NCBI GenBank assembly: GCA_965218295.1
Contig: CBDCKN010000001.1
Coordinates: 34,321 to 98,320 of the forward strand
DNA from: Longimicrobiales bacterium
Lineage (GTDB): Bacteria; Gemmatimonadota; Gemmatimonadetes; Longimicrobiales; Gaopeijiaceae
Direction of reading: 5' to 3'
DNA: 64,000 nucleotides
A program made the position numbers and the translations under genes. The notes below the pieces were generated by a model. The model had not been told where the DNA came from. It saw only the letters and a list, made by a program, of their open reading frames with translations, and made no database searches. Within the stretch, counting starts at the first letter, position 1. The number at the start of each line of letters is the position of its first letter. Positions 29,764 through 40,064 of the stretch are shown here, piece by piece.

Positions 29764-31455
29764 ATGCCTCCTTTCGTGATCTTCCTGATGGGGACCCTGC
29801 TCGTTGCAGTCACGAGAGGGCATGTCCGCCGTGGTGTGCTGCTCCTCGTCCCGGTGCTGGGAGCCCTGAACCTCCTGGGCCTCCAGGACGGCGCGTTCGT
29901 CGAGATCGAGCTGCTGGGCTACACACTCGTCCCGTTCACAGTGACTCGTCTGGGCATGCTGTTCGGGTGGCTGTTCCACCTGGCCGCCTTCCTGGGGAAC
30001 CTCTACGCCCTGCATCTCGACGAGGGCGATCACCCCGGCATCCAGCATACATCGGCCATGCTCTACGCCGGCGCCGCGTTGGGCGCCGTGTTCGCCGGGG
30101 ACCTCATCTCGCTGTTCGTTTTTTGGGAGCTGCTGGCGTTCACATCCGTGTTCCTCATCTGGGCCAGGGGCACAGAGAGCTCGCTGCGTTCGGGATTCCG
30201 GTACCTGGTGATCCACGTGCTTTCGGGGGTACTGCTCCTCTCGGGGGCGCTCATGCGTGCCCACAGCACGGGATCCATCGAGTTCGGGCCCATCGGGCTC
30301 GACGGCTCGCTGGCGGCATGGCTGATCCTCATCGCCTTCGGGATCAAGGCGGCGTTCCCGTTCCTGCACAACTGGCTCACGGACGCGTATCCGGAGGGCA
30401 CCCCCACGGGCACGGTCTTCTTGAGCGCGTTCACCACCAAGGTGGCGGTTTTCGCCCTGGCCAAGAGCTTCGCCGGGACGGAGATGCTGATCTACGTGGG
30501 CGTGATCATGACGTGCTTTCCGATCTTCTACGCCGTCATCGAGAACGATCTGCGCCGGGTGCTGAGCTACAGCATGATCAACCAGATCGGCTTCATGGTG
30601 ACCGGCGTCGGGCTCGGCACTGCGCTCGCTCTGAACGGGGCCGTGGCCCACGCCTTCGCCGACGTCTTCTTCAAAGGCCTCCTCTTCATGAGCATGGGAG
30701 CGGTCCTACAGATGACGGGCCGCATCAACGGCTCCGACCTCGGTGGGCTCTACAAGACGATGCCCATTACGGCGACGCTGTGCGTCGTCGGAGCCATGAC
30801 CATCTCGGCGTTCCCGCTCCTCAGCGCCTTCGTGACCAAGTCCATGATCATGGCTTCGGCGCTGGAAGAGGGTCACGTGTGGATCTGGCCCTTCCTCCTC
30901 TTTGCCTCCGCCGGCGTTCTGGAGCACGCGGGCATCAAGATCCCGTACTTCGCGTTCTTCGGTCACGACTCGGGGATTCGCGCCAAGGAGCCGCCCAAGA
31001 ACATGCTGGCGGCCATGTTCATCGCGGCGCTCCTGTGTATCGGGATCGGCTCGTTCCCCGGGTTCCTCTATGCTTTGCTGCCCTTCGCCGCGGAGTTCGA
31101 TCCGTACGACGCGACCCACGTGCTGACCCAGATACAGCTCCTCTTCTTCGGCGCCCTGGCCGTGCTCTGGCTCATGAAGACGGGGATCTACCCACCGGAG
31201 CTCAGGTCGGTGAACATCGATGCGGAGTGGTCGTACCGGTGGCTGGCTCCCCGACTCGTCCGGGGCATCGGCGCCGCCGTCGCACGCGTGGATTCGGCGG
31301 TCCGCGGCGCGGTCGTCGGCGTGGTGAGGAGTACCGTCACCGGAGCCGCTCGTGGCCATGGCCCGAGGGGCATCCTGGCGCGAACCTGGCCCACAGGGAG
31401 TATGATACTCTGGGTGGCTGTGCTCCTGGGCGTGTACCTGCTGTTCTACCTCTGA
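29764..31455 (+). CDS. Third MrpD/MrpA-type subunit
   Basis: FPFLHNWLTDAYPEGT, LSAFTTK, ENDLRRVLSYS. Confidence 0.88.
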   Translation: MPPFVIFLMGTLLVAVTRGHVRRGVLLLVPVLGALNLLGLQDGAFVEIELLGYTLVPFTVTRLGMLFGWLFHLAAFLGNLYALHLDEGDHPGIQHTSAMLYAGAALGAVFAGDLISLFVFWELLAFTSVFLIWARGTESSLRSGFRYLVIHVLSGVLLLSGALMRAHSTGSIEFGPIGLDGSLAAWLILIAFGIKAAFPFLHNWLTDAYPEGTPTGTVFLSAFTTKVAVFALAKSFAGTEMLIYVGVIMTCFPIFYAVIENDLRRVLSYSMINQIGFMVTGVGLGTALALNGAVAHAFADVFFKGLLFMSMGAVLQMTGRINGSDLGGLYKTMPITATLCVVGAMTISAFPLLSAFVTKSMIMASALEEGHVWIWPFLLFASAGVLEHAGIKIPYFAFFGHDSGIRAKEPPKNMLAAMFIAALLCIGIGSFPGFLYALLPFAAEFDPYDATHVLTQIQLLFFGALAVLWLMKTGIYPPELRSVNIDAEWSYRWLAPRLVRGIGAAVARVDSAVRGAVVGVVRSTVTGAARGHGPRGILARTWPTGSMILWVAVLLGVYLLFYL

Positions 31456-31463
31456 ACTGACCG

Positions 31464-32423
31464 ATGTCCCTACTCCGGCTGGGAACGCGGGGCTCCCTCC
31501 TGGCTCTCTCGCAGAGCCGGACGACGAAGGCCGAGCTCGAGGCCGACGGATCCACCCAGGTCGAGCTCGAGATCATCCGCACCACGGGTGACGTACGCCT
31601 CGACAAGCCCCTCCCGGAGATTGGGGGTAAAGGCCTCTTCAGCCAGGAGCTGGACGAGGCTCTTCTGGATGGGAGAGTGGACCTCGCCGTTCACTCGCTG
31701 AAGGACCTCCTCATCGAGCTGCCCGATGGCCTGTCCATCGCCGCGACCCCGACCCGGATCGATCCTCGGGATGTGCTGGTGGGACCGAAACACGAGCGAA
31801 CCACCCTGGCCTCCCTGAAGAAGGGGGCTGTGGTAGGCACGAGCTCTCTGCGTCGAGCTGCTCTGCTGAGGGCTTTTCGTCAGGACGTCGAGCCGCGGAG
31901 TATCCGGGGCAACGTGGACACGCGCATCAGCAAGGTGGACGACGGGCAGTACGACGCCGTGATCCTGGCGGCCGCAGGGCTGATCCGCCTCGGTCTCGAG
32001 GACCGAGCGCTGGAGTGGCTGGAGCGGACGGCGTGGTTGCCGGCGCCGGGGCAGGGAGCGTTGGCCATCGTGACGCGTACGGACGACGCGGCAACCCGAT
32101 CGCTGGTGGAAGAGCTGAACGACCCCCAGACCCGGTCGGCCGTGAGGGCGGAGCGGGCGCTGTTGAGGAATCTCGGAGGTGGATGTCAGGTGCCGATCGG
32201 GGCCCTGGGGATGCCGTACGAGGGCGGACTCCGCCTCTGGGGGCTGGTGGCCAGCTGCGATGGCACGCGGGTGGTCCGGGGAGACGTCACGGGAGTCGCC
32301 GCCGAGCCGGATGAGCTCGGCACCCGCTTGGCGGACCTCCTCAGGCAACAGGGAGCGGAGGCCATCCTGCAGGAGGTCTTCGACGCGTTTGAGAGCGGGA
32401 CTGGGGAAGTGAGCGGCGGGTGA
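31464..32423 (+). CDS. hemC: Hydroxymethylbilane synthase
   Basis: GTRGSLLAL, GGKGLF, AVHSLKD, GTSSLRR, RGNVDTR, GGGCQVPIG. Confidence 0.96.
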   Translation: MSLLRLGTRGSLLALSQSRTTKAELEADGSTQVELEIIRTTGDVRLDKPLPEIGGKGLFSQELDEALLDGRVDLAVHSLKDLLIELPDGLSIAATPTRIDPRDVLVGPKHERTTLASLKKGAVVGTSSLRRAALLRAFRQDVEPRSIRGNVDTRISKVDDGQYDAVILAAAGLIRLGLEDRALEWLERTAWLPAPGQGALAIVTRTDDAATRSLVEELNDPQTRSAVRAERALLRNLGGGCQVPIGALGMPYEGGLRLWGLVASCDGTRVVRGDVTGVAAEPDELGTRLADLLRQQGAEAILQEVFDAFESGTGEVSGG

Positions 32424-32896
32424 CGATCGAGGAAAAAATCCTCTCCAGGGAGGAGCTTCTTACCCGCCATGGGCGGCCGCGGGAAGGGCGACTCGTGTTC
32501 ACCAACGGGTGCTTCGACCTCCTCCACCGCGGTCATGTGGAGTACCTCGAGCAAGCCAGCCGCCTGGGCGACGCACTGGTGGTGGGATTGAACACGGACT
32601 ACTCGGTCCGCCGACTCAAGGGGTCCGGACGCCCTCTGGTGGCAGAAGGAGATCGGGCCCGGGTGCTGGCGGCGCTGGCTAGCGTGGACGCGGTGACCCT
32701 CTTCGACGAAGATACGCCTGTGGAGCTCATCGGACAGCTGCTTCCCGACGTTCTGGTCAAGGGAGGCGACTACGAAGTCGAGGACATCGTAGGCCGTCGG
32801 GCCGTGGAAGGGGCGGGAGGGACGGTGATGGTGCTGCCCTTGGTAGGGGATTATTCCACCTCGGCGCTCCTGGAGCGCCTGAAGGAGGGCGTGTGA
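32420..32896 (+). CDS. hldC: D-glycero-beta-D-manno-heptose 1-phosphate adenylyltransferase (RfaE domain II)
   Basis: [24 protein letters not shown]. Confidence 0.92.
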   Translation: MTIEEKILSREELLTRHGRPREGRLVFTNGCFDLLHRGHVEYLEQASRLGDALVVGLNTDYSVRRLKGSGRPLVAEGDRARVLAALASVDAVTLFDEDTPVELIGQLLPDVLVKGGDYEVEDIVGRRAVEGAGGTVMVLPLVGDYSTSALLERLKEGV

Positions 32897-33606
32897 CGCA
32901 CCGGGTGGATAACCGCCAGGCCGGTGAGTTGAGACCGCTGGAGATGGTGCTGCGTTCGGTGCCGTACGCCGAGGGATCCTGCCTCATCTCCACCGGGCAG
33001 ACCCGGGTCCTTTGCGCAGCCAGTATCGAGGAGGGCCTGCCTCGCTGGCAGGAGCGGAGTCAGGCCGGGTGGGTGACGGCCGAGTATGGTATGCTCCCCC
33101 GGTCGACCCACACGCGATCCCAGCGGGAGCGGGCACGGGTGGGTGGCCGCACGCAGGAGATCCAGCGACTCATCGGCCGCTCCCCCCGGTCGGTGATGGA
33201 CCTGAGGGCTCTGGGCCCCCGTACCGTCATCGTCGATTGCGACGTTCTGCAGGCCGACGGAGGCACCCGCACCGCCGCAATAACAGGAGCCTCCGTGGCG
33301 CTGTGGAGCGCCCTGGACGGGCTCACGAAGGAAGGCCTCCTCGAAAGGAATCCCATGCGGGAGATGGTGGCAGCGGTGAGCGTCGGAATCGTCGACGGCG
33401 ATCCTCTGTTGGATCTCGACTACCCGGAGGACTCCTCGGCCCAGGTGGACCTGAACGTCGTGGGTACGGGAGAGGGTCGCTTGGTGGAGGTGCAGGGGAC
33501 CGCAGAGGGCGACCCGTTCAGCAGGGCGGAGCTCGACGACCTCCTGGATCTCGCCATCGACGGCATCCGCCGCCTGGTCCTGGCTCAAAAAGGGGCCCTC
33601 GGCTAG
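32893..33606 (+). CDS. rph: Ribonuclease PH
   Basis: [48 protein letters not shown]. Confidence 0.96.
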   Translation: MTHRVDNRQAGELRPLEMVLRSVPYAEGSCLISTGQTRVLCAASIEEGLPRWQERSQAGWVTAEYGMLPRSTHTRSQRERARVGGRTQEIQRLIGRSPRSVMDLRALGPRTVIVDCDVLQADGGTRTAAITGASVALWSALDGLTKEGLLERNPMREMVAAVSVGIVDGDPLLDLDYPEDSSAQVDLNVVGTGEGRLVEVQGTAEGDPFSRAELDDLLDLAIDGIRRLVLAQKGALG

Positions 33607-33637
33607 TGTCGAACCGCCCCCCTCGGGAGACCGCTTG

Positions 33638-34279
33638 ATGGAGCTGTTGGTGGCGACGCGCAGCGCCCACAAGATGGCGGAGATCAGGAAGATCCTCGCG
33701 GTGGTGCCGCGCTTGCGGGTCATGGACCTCGACGAAGCCGGGGTCGCCTATGAGGTTGCGGAGGAGGATCTGGAACCCTTCGATACTTTTGAAGACAACG
33801 CCGTATCCAAGGCGAAGTACTTCCAGGAGATCAGCGGGATGCCGACGGTGGCGGACGACTCGGGGATCGAGGTGGACGCCCTCGACGGAGCACCGGGGGT
33901 TCGCTCCAAGCGCTTCGCGCCCGAGCGGGGGCTGGAGGGGAAAGAGCGAGATCGATCCAACAACGCGTATCTCCTCGAGCTGTTGGGCGACAGGGCCCTG
34001 GAGGAGCGAACGGCTCGCTATGTGTGCGTGGCCGCCCTCGACTTCGGTGGCGGAGACGTCACGACCCTCCGAGGCGAGGCTCCCGGATTGATCGCCGTGA
34101 GCCCGAGGGGCCAGGGCGGCTTCGGGTACGACCCCCTATTCTTCGATCCGGAGCTGGACCGGACCTTCGGCGAGATCTCCCCGGGAGAGAAGCATGCCCG
34201 GAGTCATCGCGGCCGAGCCTTTCGGGCCGTGGCCGAGCACCTCGCGCCCATGATAGACAGTACCGATGCCGACGCCTGA
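33638..34279 (+). CDS. rdgB: Non-canonical purine NTP pyrophosphatase (RdgB/HAM1)
   Basis: ADDSG, GAPGVRS, GFGYDPLF, SHRGRA. Confidence 0.93.
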   Translation: MELLVATRSAHKMAEIRKILAVVPRLRVMDLDEAGVAYEVAEEDLEPFDTFEDNAVSKAKYFQEISGMPTVADDSGIEVDALDGAPGVRSKRFAPERGLEGKERDRSNNAYLLELLGDRALEERTARYVCVAALDFGGGDVTTLRGEAPGLIAVSPRGQGGFGYDPLFFDPELDRTFGEISPGEKHARSHRGRAFRAVAEHLAPMIDSTDADA

Positions 34280-34622
34280 GACCACGCCCCTCGACATGGG
34301 GCCCACGGAGGACGGCTCGGCCCTCCGTATCTCGTGGAAGGATGGCCACGAATCCACCTATCTGCCTCATGATCTACGGCTCTCCTGTCCCTGCGCAGGA
34401 TGCGTCGACGAGCTCTCGGGACGACGCATGCTAACCAGTGCCATGATACAGCCGGGTGTGTATCCTACGGCCATCCACTATGTGGGGAATTACGCCCTCC
34501 AGTTCGTTTGGAGTGACGGTCACGATACGGGTTTCTACACGTACGATCTCCTGCGGAGCTTGTGCAGCTGTGACACCTGCTCCTCGGCGCGTGGGACCTC
34601 GGATCCAGGAAGTGACGGATGA
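34266..34622 (+). CDS. DUF971 / GBBH-N domain protein
   Basis: WKDGHES..LRLSCPCAGC, VGNYALQFVWSDGHDTG. Confidence 0.88.
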   Translation: MPTPETTPLDMGPTEDGSALRISWKDGHESTYLPHDLRLSCPCAGCVDELSGRRMLTSAMIQPGVYPTAIHYVGNYALQFVWSDGHDTGFYTYDLLRSLCSCDTCSSARGTSDPGSDG

Positions 34623-35620
34623 TCGTCGTTACCGGTGGCGCCGGCTTCATCGGATCGAATCTCGTGGCCGGCCTCGAGGAGCGGGGGGAGACGGGGGTGG
34701 TCGTGTGCGACTGGCTTCGGCACGAGGACAAGTGGCGCAACATCGCCAAGCGTGAGCTAGCGGACGTGGTACTACCCGAGGATCTGCCCGCCTTTCTCGA
34801 GGGACGAGGCTCCGAGGGGCGAGCCTCCGAGGTGCGGGCCGTCTTCCACATGGGTGCCATCTCCTCGACCACCGAGACCGACGTCGACCTGATCCTCAGC
34901 ACCAACGTCCACCTGTCGAGGGATCTCTGGCGGTGGTGTGCAGAGCAGCAAGTGCCGTTCATCTATGCCTCTTCGGCGGCCACCTACGGGGACGGCTCCG
35001 AAGGATTCGACGACGACGGATCGAGGGAGGGTCTCGCCCGGCTGCGGCCCATGAATCCGTATGGCTGGAGTAAGCATCTCTTCGACCGAATGGTGGCCCG
35101 ATGGGTAGCCGATGGAGCCCCGACGCCGCCTCAGTGGGTGGGCCTGAAGTTCTTCAACGTGTATGGGCCCAACGAGTACCATAAGGGGGCCATGCAGAGC
35201 ATCGTGGCCAAGACCTTTCCGGTGGCGTCCGCCGGCGGAGAGGTGACCCTGTTCCGGTCCCACAATCCGGACTATCCGGACGGCGGGCAGCTGAGGGACT
35301 TCGTATCCGTGCGGGACTGCGTCTCGGTAATGCTGTGGCTCCTGGACCACCCGGAGACGTCGGGTCTGTTCAACCTGGGTACCGGCGAGGCTCGCACCTT
35401 CCTGGACGTAGTGGGGAGCCTGTTCGCGGCTCTCGACCGGGAGACTGCGGTGAAGTGGGTCGACACGCCTGCTGAGATCCGCGACCGCTACCAGTACTTC
35501 ACGCAGGCGGAGATGGCCCGGCTGCGGGCGGCGGGGTACGACCAACCCTTCCTGTCGCTGGAAGAGGGGATCGGGGACTACGTAACGGGCTACCTGGCCA
35601 CGGACGACCCGTATCGCTGA
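34619..35620 (+). CDS. hldD: ADP-L-glycero-D-manno-heptose 6-epimerase
   Basis: TGGAGFIGSN, YASSAATYG, YGWSK, FFNVYGPNEYHKG, YQYFTQA. Confidence 0.95.
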   Translation: MIVVTGGAGFIGSNLVAGLEERGETGVVVCDWLRHEDKWRNIAKRELADVVLPEDLPAFLEGRGSEGRASEVRAVFHMGAISSTTETDVDLILSTNVHLSRDLWRWCAEQQVPFIYASSAATYGDGSEGFDDDGSREGLARLRPMNPYGWSKHLFDRMVARWVADGAPTPPQWVGLKFFNVYGPNEYHKGAMQSIVAKTFPVASAGGEVTLFRSHNPDYPDGGQLRDFVSVRDCVSVMLWLLDHPETSGLFNLGTGEARTFLDVVGSLFAALDRETAVKWVDTPAEIRDRYQYFTQAEMARLRAAGYDQPFLSLEEGIGDYVTGYLATDDPYR

Positions 35621-35626
35621 GCTGAA

Positions 35627-37066
35627 TTACCGAGAGCGGGGCTCCACTCCGAGCTCCTGAGCCTGACGCCTCAGCCTGGAGTCCGCCGGGAACCGGGCGA
35701 GACCATCGCGAACGGCGGCCTGCGCCTCGTCGAGTTGATCCAGCTGGATGTGGCTCTGAGTCAGGTACACGTCGCGGGCCGGATCGAAGGGCGGAAGATC
35801 GGACACGACCGATAGGGCCTGCTCCGAGCGTCCCGCCAGCAGAAGCCCTCGGACGTAGTCGAGCTGGACCCTCAGCTCGTTGTGGTTCAGATCGTCGGCC
35901 TGACGCAGCCACTCGAGGCCTCGGTCGCCGATAGCGAGGAACGACACGCCGACGGAGGGGAGGTAGAGTGTGCGCTCGGCCACCCACACCCCCACCGGAA
36001 AGACCAGGTTCCCGACCACGGCGATGGCCAATACGGTCCATGCGACCCCCAGGGCGATCCACTTCCCGCGGCGGAGGCTCAGCGCCCCCAGGGCGACCAA
36101 CCCCACCGCCACCGCCAGGCCGCCCCAGAACCGCATGGACGATATGGCTGCCGGCACGATTACGTCGGGTCCGTAGTCGGCAGCGAGGTCGTTGGGCACG
36201 AGGAGCAGCCGGGCCAGCTCGGTCACGTTGGCCACCGCCGTCGTCATCCGTAGCGACGCCGGAAGAATGACGATGTAGGGGGCGGCGTCGCGGTGGATGA
36301 GTGTGCCGAGTACCTGGTGGCGAACCGCCAAGTACCCAGCGAGAACGGTGGCCAGAGCCAGGAAGAGGGGCCACTGGGAGAGCAGGGGACGGTGGGGCGG
36401 CGCGTCGGTGGACCGGACCGATCCCGACTCCGGCGCGAGGAACGTGACGGCGATGAGAAGTGCCGGCAGGACCACGCCGTTCTCCTTGGAGCCTATAGCG
36501 AGTGCGTACGCGGCCGCCACCAGAGCCACACGCATCCACTCCGCTCGCCAGGGCCGAAGGTATGCCAGGACCCCCAGGAGGATGAAGAGCGTCATGAGGG
36601 CGTCGCCTCGTCCCACCCCGTTCGCGATGGCTTCGGAGTGCACGGGGTGGACCGCGAACAACGCCCCGCCCATGAGGGCCAGGAGGGGGGCGGCACCCAG
36701 CACCGTCAGGAGCCCGGTGACCAGCGCCGTGTTGACCGAGTGGAGAGCCACGTTGAAGGCATGGAACGGGAAGGGATCACCGTCGCCATTGGTCCAGCTC
36801 ACCGCGTAGCTCAGTGAGGTGATCGGCCTATAGGGTGAGCGACCCGGGGGGACGTGCCGCCGGTACGGTGAGGTGAGGATCTCCGCGGTATTGCCGACAC
36901 CGTGGACGGCCGTGTTTTCGACAATGTCGCCCACGTCGTCCAAGGCATGGCCGTTGCCCAACGAGGGCAGATAGACGACGAGCGCCAGCAGGACTGCAAG
37001 TCCGACCGCACCGAGCGAGGAGAGCCGGCCAAGAGGGCCATCAGGGGGATTGGGCTCTTCGCTCAG
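35627..37066 (-). CDS. GT-C / TMTC-like (DUF1736) membrane glycosyltransferase with C-terminal TPR
   Basis: LDD, YRPITSLSY, LFAVHPVHSEAI, SKENG, AERTLYLPS; frame is open upstream to CTG 37066, which adds the first TM helix. Confidence 0.75.
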   Translation of the reverse strand: MSEEPNPPDGPLGRLSSLGAVGLAVLLALVVYLPSLGNGHALDDVGDIVENTAVHGVGNTAEILTSPYRRHVPPGRSPYRPITSLSYAVSWTNGDGDPFPFHAFNVALHSVNTALVTGLLTVLGAAPLLALMGGALFAVHPVHSEAIANGVGRGDALMTLFILLGVLAYLRPWRAEWMRVALVAAAYALAIGSKENGVVLPALLIAVTFLAPESGSVRSTDAPPHRPLLSQWPLFLALATVLAGYLAVRHQVLGTLIHRDAAPYIVILPASLRMTTAVANVTELARLLLVPNDLAADYGPDVIVPAAISSMRFWGGLAVAVGLVALGALSLRRGKWIALGVAWTVLAIAVVGNLVFPVGVWVAERTLYLPSVGVSFLAIGDRGLEWLRQADDLNHNELRVQLDYVRGLLLAGRSEQALSVVSDLPPFDPARDVYLTQSHIQLDQLDEAQAAVRDGLARFPADSRLRRQAQELGVEPRSR

Positions 37067-37123
37067 GTCAGGATAGCGCAGGTCAGGACTCCCAAGTTAG
37101 GGGTGGCTCTCCCCTCGGACGAC

Positions 37124-37564
37124 TCAGCCTGTGGATGACTCGGCCTCCCCGGACTTGAACCCGATCTCGTAGTGACTGTCATCGCAGAACGGCTTGTTTT
37201 TGGAGGCGCCGCATCGACAGAGGGCGACGCGGGCGTCTGTGGTGACGACCCGGCCCTCATGATCGACGATCTCCACTCCGCCCCGGACGTAGAGGGGGCC
37301 GTCCACGGCCAGCGAGATGCCCGGGTCCGCAGGCACCTCCTGGGGCCCTCCGTCCGTGCGCTCGAAGCTGAGGGCACCGGTGGGGCACGTCGCCACTACG
37401 GCTGCGATCTCGTCGGGAGGGGCTGCCGTGGCGTCGATCCAGGGGCGCCGGTCGCGATCGAATACGGCTCTGAGGCCGTGCACACACTCCTCGGCGTGAA
37501 TGCAACGCTGCAGATCGTAACGGACCACGATGCCTTCGCCTTTGTATTCCCTGATCTTACCCAT
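37124..37564 (-). CDS. Divergent 4Fe-4S domain + CDGSH iron-sulfur domain protein
   Basis: CIHAEEC..VFD..RPWI, CPTGAL, LCRCGASKNKPFCDDSH. Confidence 0.88.
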   Translation of the reverse strand: MGKIREYKGEGIVVRYDLQRCIHAEECVHGLRAVFDRDRRPWIDATAAPPDEIAAVVATCPTGALSFERTDGGPQEVPADPGISLAVDGPLYVRGGVEIVDHEGRVVTTDARVALCRCGASKNKPFCDDSHYEIGFKSGEAESSTG

Positions 37565-38062
37565 GTCGGTCTCCGAGAGCGGGATGGGTCGTATGATGGA
37601 TGGGGCCGATACACCTAGGCAACCTTAGGTAACCCAACCACGTCTGTCCGCAGGCTGGTGCCGGGCCAACCTAGAGCTACGGAGCCTTGCGGCCGCGGGT
37701 TCTTGGGAGCAAGGTGCGGCTCGAGGCGGGTTCACCAATCCGCCGGCCATCGTGCGTCCCATCGTGAGAAGGCAGCGTACGTACGTTTCAAGCCGAGACG
37801 TACGTATCTTCTTCGATTTGGCGGCGAGGATGTACCAGACGTAGACGTAGCTGCGGCAGACGGTTGGAAGGGCACCGAGAGCCTCGAGACCGTCTACCAA
37901 CAAACGGACGAGGCCACTATCTTGCATGTCGTCCTTGAGGCGGGTGAGTTGAGGGAAGCGAAGTGAGAGCTTCCCCAACGGACACAGTAACGTGCACACC
38001 CTCAGCTGAGGCCGGTCTCCCAAGCCCGACACATGGCTTCACTGTGGGGAGAAGGACCCATA

Positions 38063-38136
38063 CGGGGCGTGGCGCAGTCCGGTAGCGCGCCTGCTTTGGG
38101 AGCAGGAGGTCCCCGGTTCGAATCCGGGCGTCCCGA
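38063..38136 (+). tRNA. tRNA-Pro (anticodon UGG), CCA not encoded
   Basis: cggggcg/cgtcccg acceptor stem, cctgc-ttTGGga-gcagg anticodon arm, GGTTCGAATCC. Confidence 0.95.
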
Positions 38137-38225
38137 CTGATGTAACTGGTTGTTAACATTGTGGTTACAGGAGATACCTCCACGAAATTCTAGAGAGGAG
38201 TCTCTATGTTTCTCTCTATGTTCGG
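38137..38225. other. att-like junction of a tRNA-Pro-anchored island
   Basis: AT-rich IR tgtaac...gttaca and direct repeat tctctatgtt x2 immediately after the tRNA; gene content changes to IS and cargo. Confidence 0.5.
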
Positions 38226-38538
38226 GGTGAAGTTCCTGGAATTTGGACCCCGAGCGTGGCTGGCCTTGCCCCGCTTGACTCGGTGGCGATCTAGCGGTCT
38301 CTGGTGCGACGAGAGCTAACCCCACCAACACCAGGGGCCGAGGCCGTGATCCACCATAGATCACCAGCTCGGTGGGATCTCGTGGAGAAGACGGCTGCCA
38401 GGTGCGGGATTATGCAGCAGGTCGGTGGTGGGACGGGAGCGACAAGGCTAACCGCCGGGGTCTCCCCCTCTCTGCCAACTTACGTGAGACACGGAGCAGC
38501 TAAGGAATTAGAGTAGGGCGAAGGCAGAGAAACCGAGG

Positions 38539-38988
38539 ATGCTGAGACACCGAGAGAGAATGAAAGAGAATGGAATAGCCCCACCAACCTGGGACGGTAA
38601 GCGAAGCGCGGCAGCTCCTGCGGACTCGGAGGTGGTAGATAGGCCGCTGCGCCGGCGGTTCGCTCCGTCGTACAAGCTGCGGATCGTCGAAGAAGCGGAC
38701 CGGTGCACGGAGCCCGGAGAGGTTGGCCGACTCCTACGGCGGGAGGGCTTGTACTCGTCGCACCTGACGACATGGCGCAAGGCGGCGCATAGCGGGTCCC
38801 TGAAAGCGCTGTCGAAGAAACGAGGCCGTAAGCGCGAGCGCAATCCGCTGGAGGAGAAGGTGCGCAAGCTGGAGCGCGAGAACACTCGCCTCGAGAAGGA
38901 GCTCCAGAAGGCGCACTTGATCATCGACGTCCAGGGAAAAGTTGCAGGGCTGCTGGGATTGAGCCTCGAGGACGGGACGAACTCATGA
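38539..38988 (+). CDS. IS3 transposase OrfA
   Basis: RRRFAPSYKLRIVEEAD..LLRREGLYSSHL..WRK HTH and coiled coil. Confidence 0.88.
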   Translation: MLRHRERMKENGIAPPTWDGKRSAAAPADSEVVDRPLRRRFAPSYKLRIVEEADRCTEPGEVGRLLRREGLYSSHLTTWRKAAHSGSLKALSKKRGRKRERNPLEEKVRKLERENTRLEKELQKAHLIIDVQGKVAGLLGLSLEDGTNS

Positions 38989-39992
38989 AGGCGACCCAGG
39001 AGCTAGCCAAGCACGTAGGGGTGAAGCCCGCGTGCGATGCGCTCAGGGTGCCGCGAGCCACGTTCTACCGTCGTCGGAGGCCATCGACCGGGCATCAGCA
39101 GCCCCGCCCGACCCCCGCCCGGGCCTTAAGCGAGAAGGAACGAGACAAGGTCTTCGACACGCTGTGTTCGGAGCGGTTCGTGGACCGGTCCCCAGCCGAG
39201 GTGGTGGCGACGCTGCTCGACGAGGACGTCTACCTGTGCAGCGAGCGTACGATGTATCGCGTTCTGGCTTCCCAGGTGCCGGTTCAGGAGCGTCGAGCGC
39301 AGCGGAGTCATCCCAAATACCAGAAACCCGAGTTGATGGCGAGGGGCCCGAACCAGGTCTGGTCCTGGGATATCACCCGGCTGCTGGGGCCGAAGAAGTG
39401 GAGTTACTTCTACCTCTACGTGATCCTGGACATCTTCAGCCGCTACGTCGTGGGATGGATGGTGGCGGATCGGGAGAACTCTGCCCTGGCCAGCCGGCTG
39501 ATCCAGCAGAGTTGCTTGAAGCATGGCGTCCAGCCCCACCTCCTGACCCTGCATTCCGATCGAGGGGCTCCGATGACGAGCCAATGCACGGCTCAACTAC
39601 TCGCCGATCTCGGCGTGACCCGCTCGTTGGGCCGACCCCAGGTCTCGGATGACAATCCGTTCTCCGAGGCTCAGTTCAAGACCTTGAAGTACCATCCCTC
39701 GTTTCCCGGCCGGTTCGGGGATCAGGGGCAAGCCAAGACCTTCTGTCGCTCGTTCTTCCGTTGGTATAATGCCGAGCACCGCCATGGCGGCATCTCGATG
39801 CTGACCCCCGAACAGGTCCACTTCGGTCACGCCGATCGGATCATCGCCTGCAGGAAGGCCGTGCTCCGTGAGGCATGGGCCGCTCATCCCGAGCGCTTCG
39901 TCTCCGGTGAGCCGAAGCCTAAACCACTCCCGGAGGCCGTCTGGATCAATCCTCCCACCCCATCCCTCACTACACAGGAGATTGCTCTCTAA
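38985..39992 (+). CDS. IS3 transposase OrfB (rve DDE)
   Basis: NQVWSWDIT, HSDRG, DNPFSEAQFKTLKY, YNAEHRH. Confidence 0.93.
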   Translation: MKATQELAKHVGVKPACDALRVPRATFYRRRRPSTGHQQPRPTPARALSEKERDKVFDTLCSERFVDRSPAEVVATLLDEDVYLCSERTMYRVLASQVPVQERRAQRSHPKYQKPELMARGPNQVWSWDITRLLGPKKWSYFYLYVILDIFSRYVVGWMVADRENSALASRLIQQSCLKHGVQPHLLTLHSDRGAPMTSQCTAQLLADLGVTRSLGRPQVSDDNPFSEAQFKTLKYHPSFPGRFGDQGQAKTFCRSFFRWYNAEHRHGGISMLTPEQVHFGHADRIIACRKAVLREAWAAHPERFVSGEPKPKPLPEAVWINPPTPSLTTQEIAL

Positions 39993-40064
39993 TTGATTTC
40001 CAAGAGTGTCTCACTGGCGTTGACAGGTTCCGCCCCATAGCCCTACCCACCACGTAGCGGCTCA

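Larger units (their letters stand above)
38466..40033 (+). mobile_element. IS3-family element, copy 1
   Basis: IRs TGCCAACTTACGTGAGACAC (38473) and GTGTCTCACTGGCGTTGACA (ends 40025), plus conserved outer ccctctc / ggttccgc. Confidence 0.9.

Noticed and set aside
33603..33615. ctagtgtc at the rph stop (and cactag at 4189) as further MITE copies
   Set aside because: There is no partner inverted repeat or shared core.
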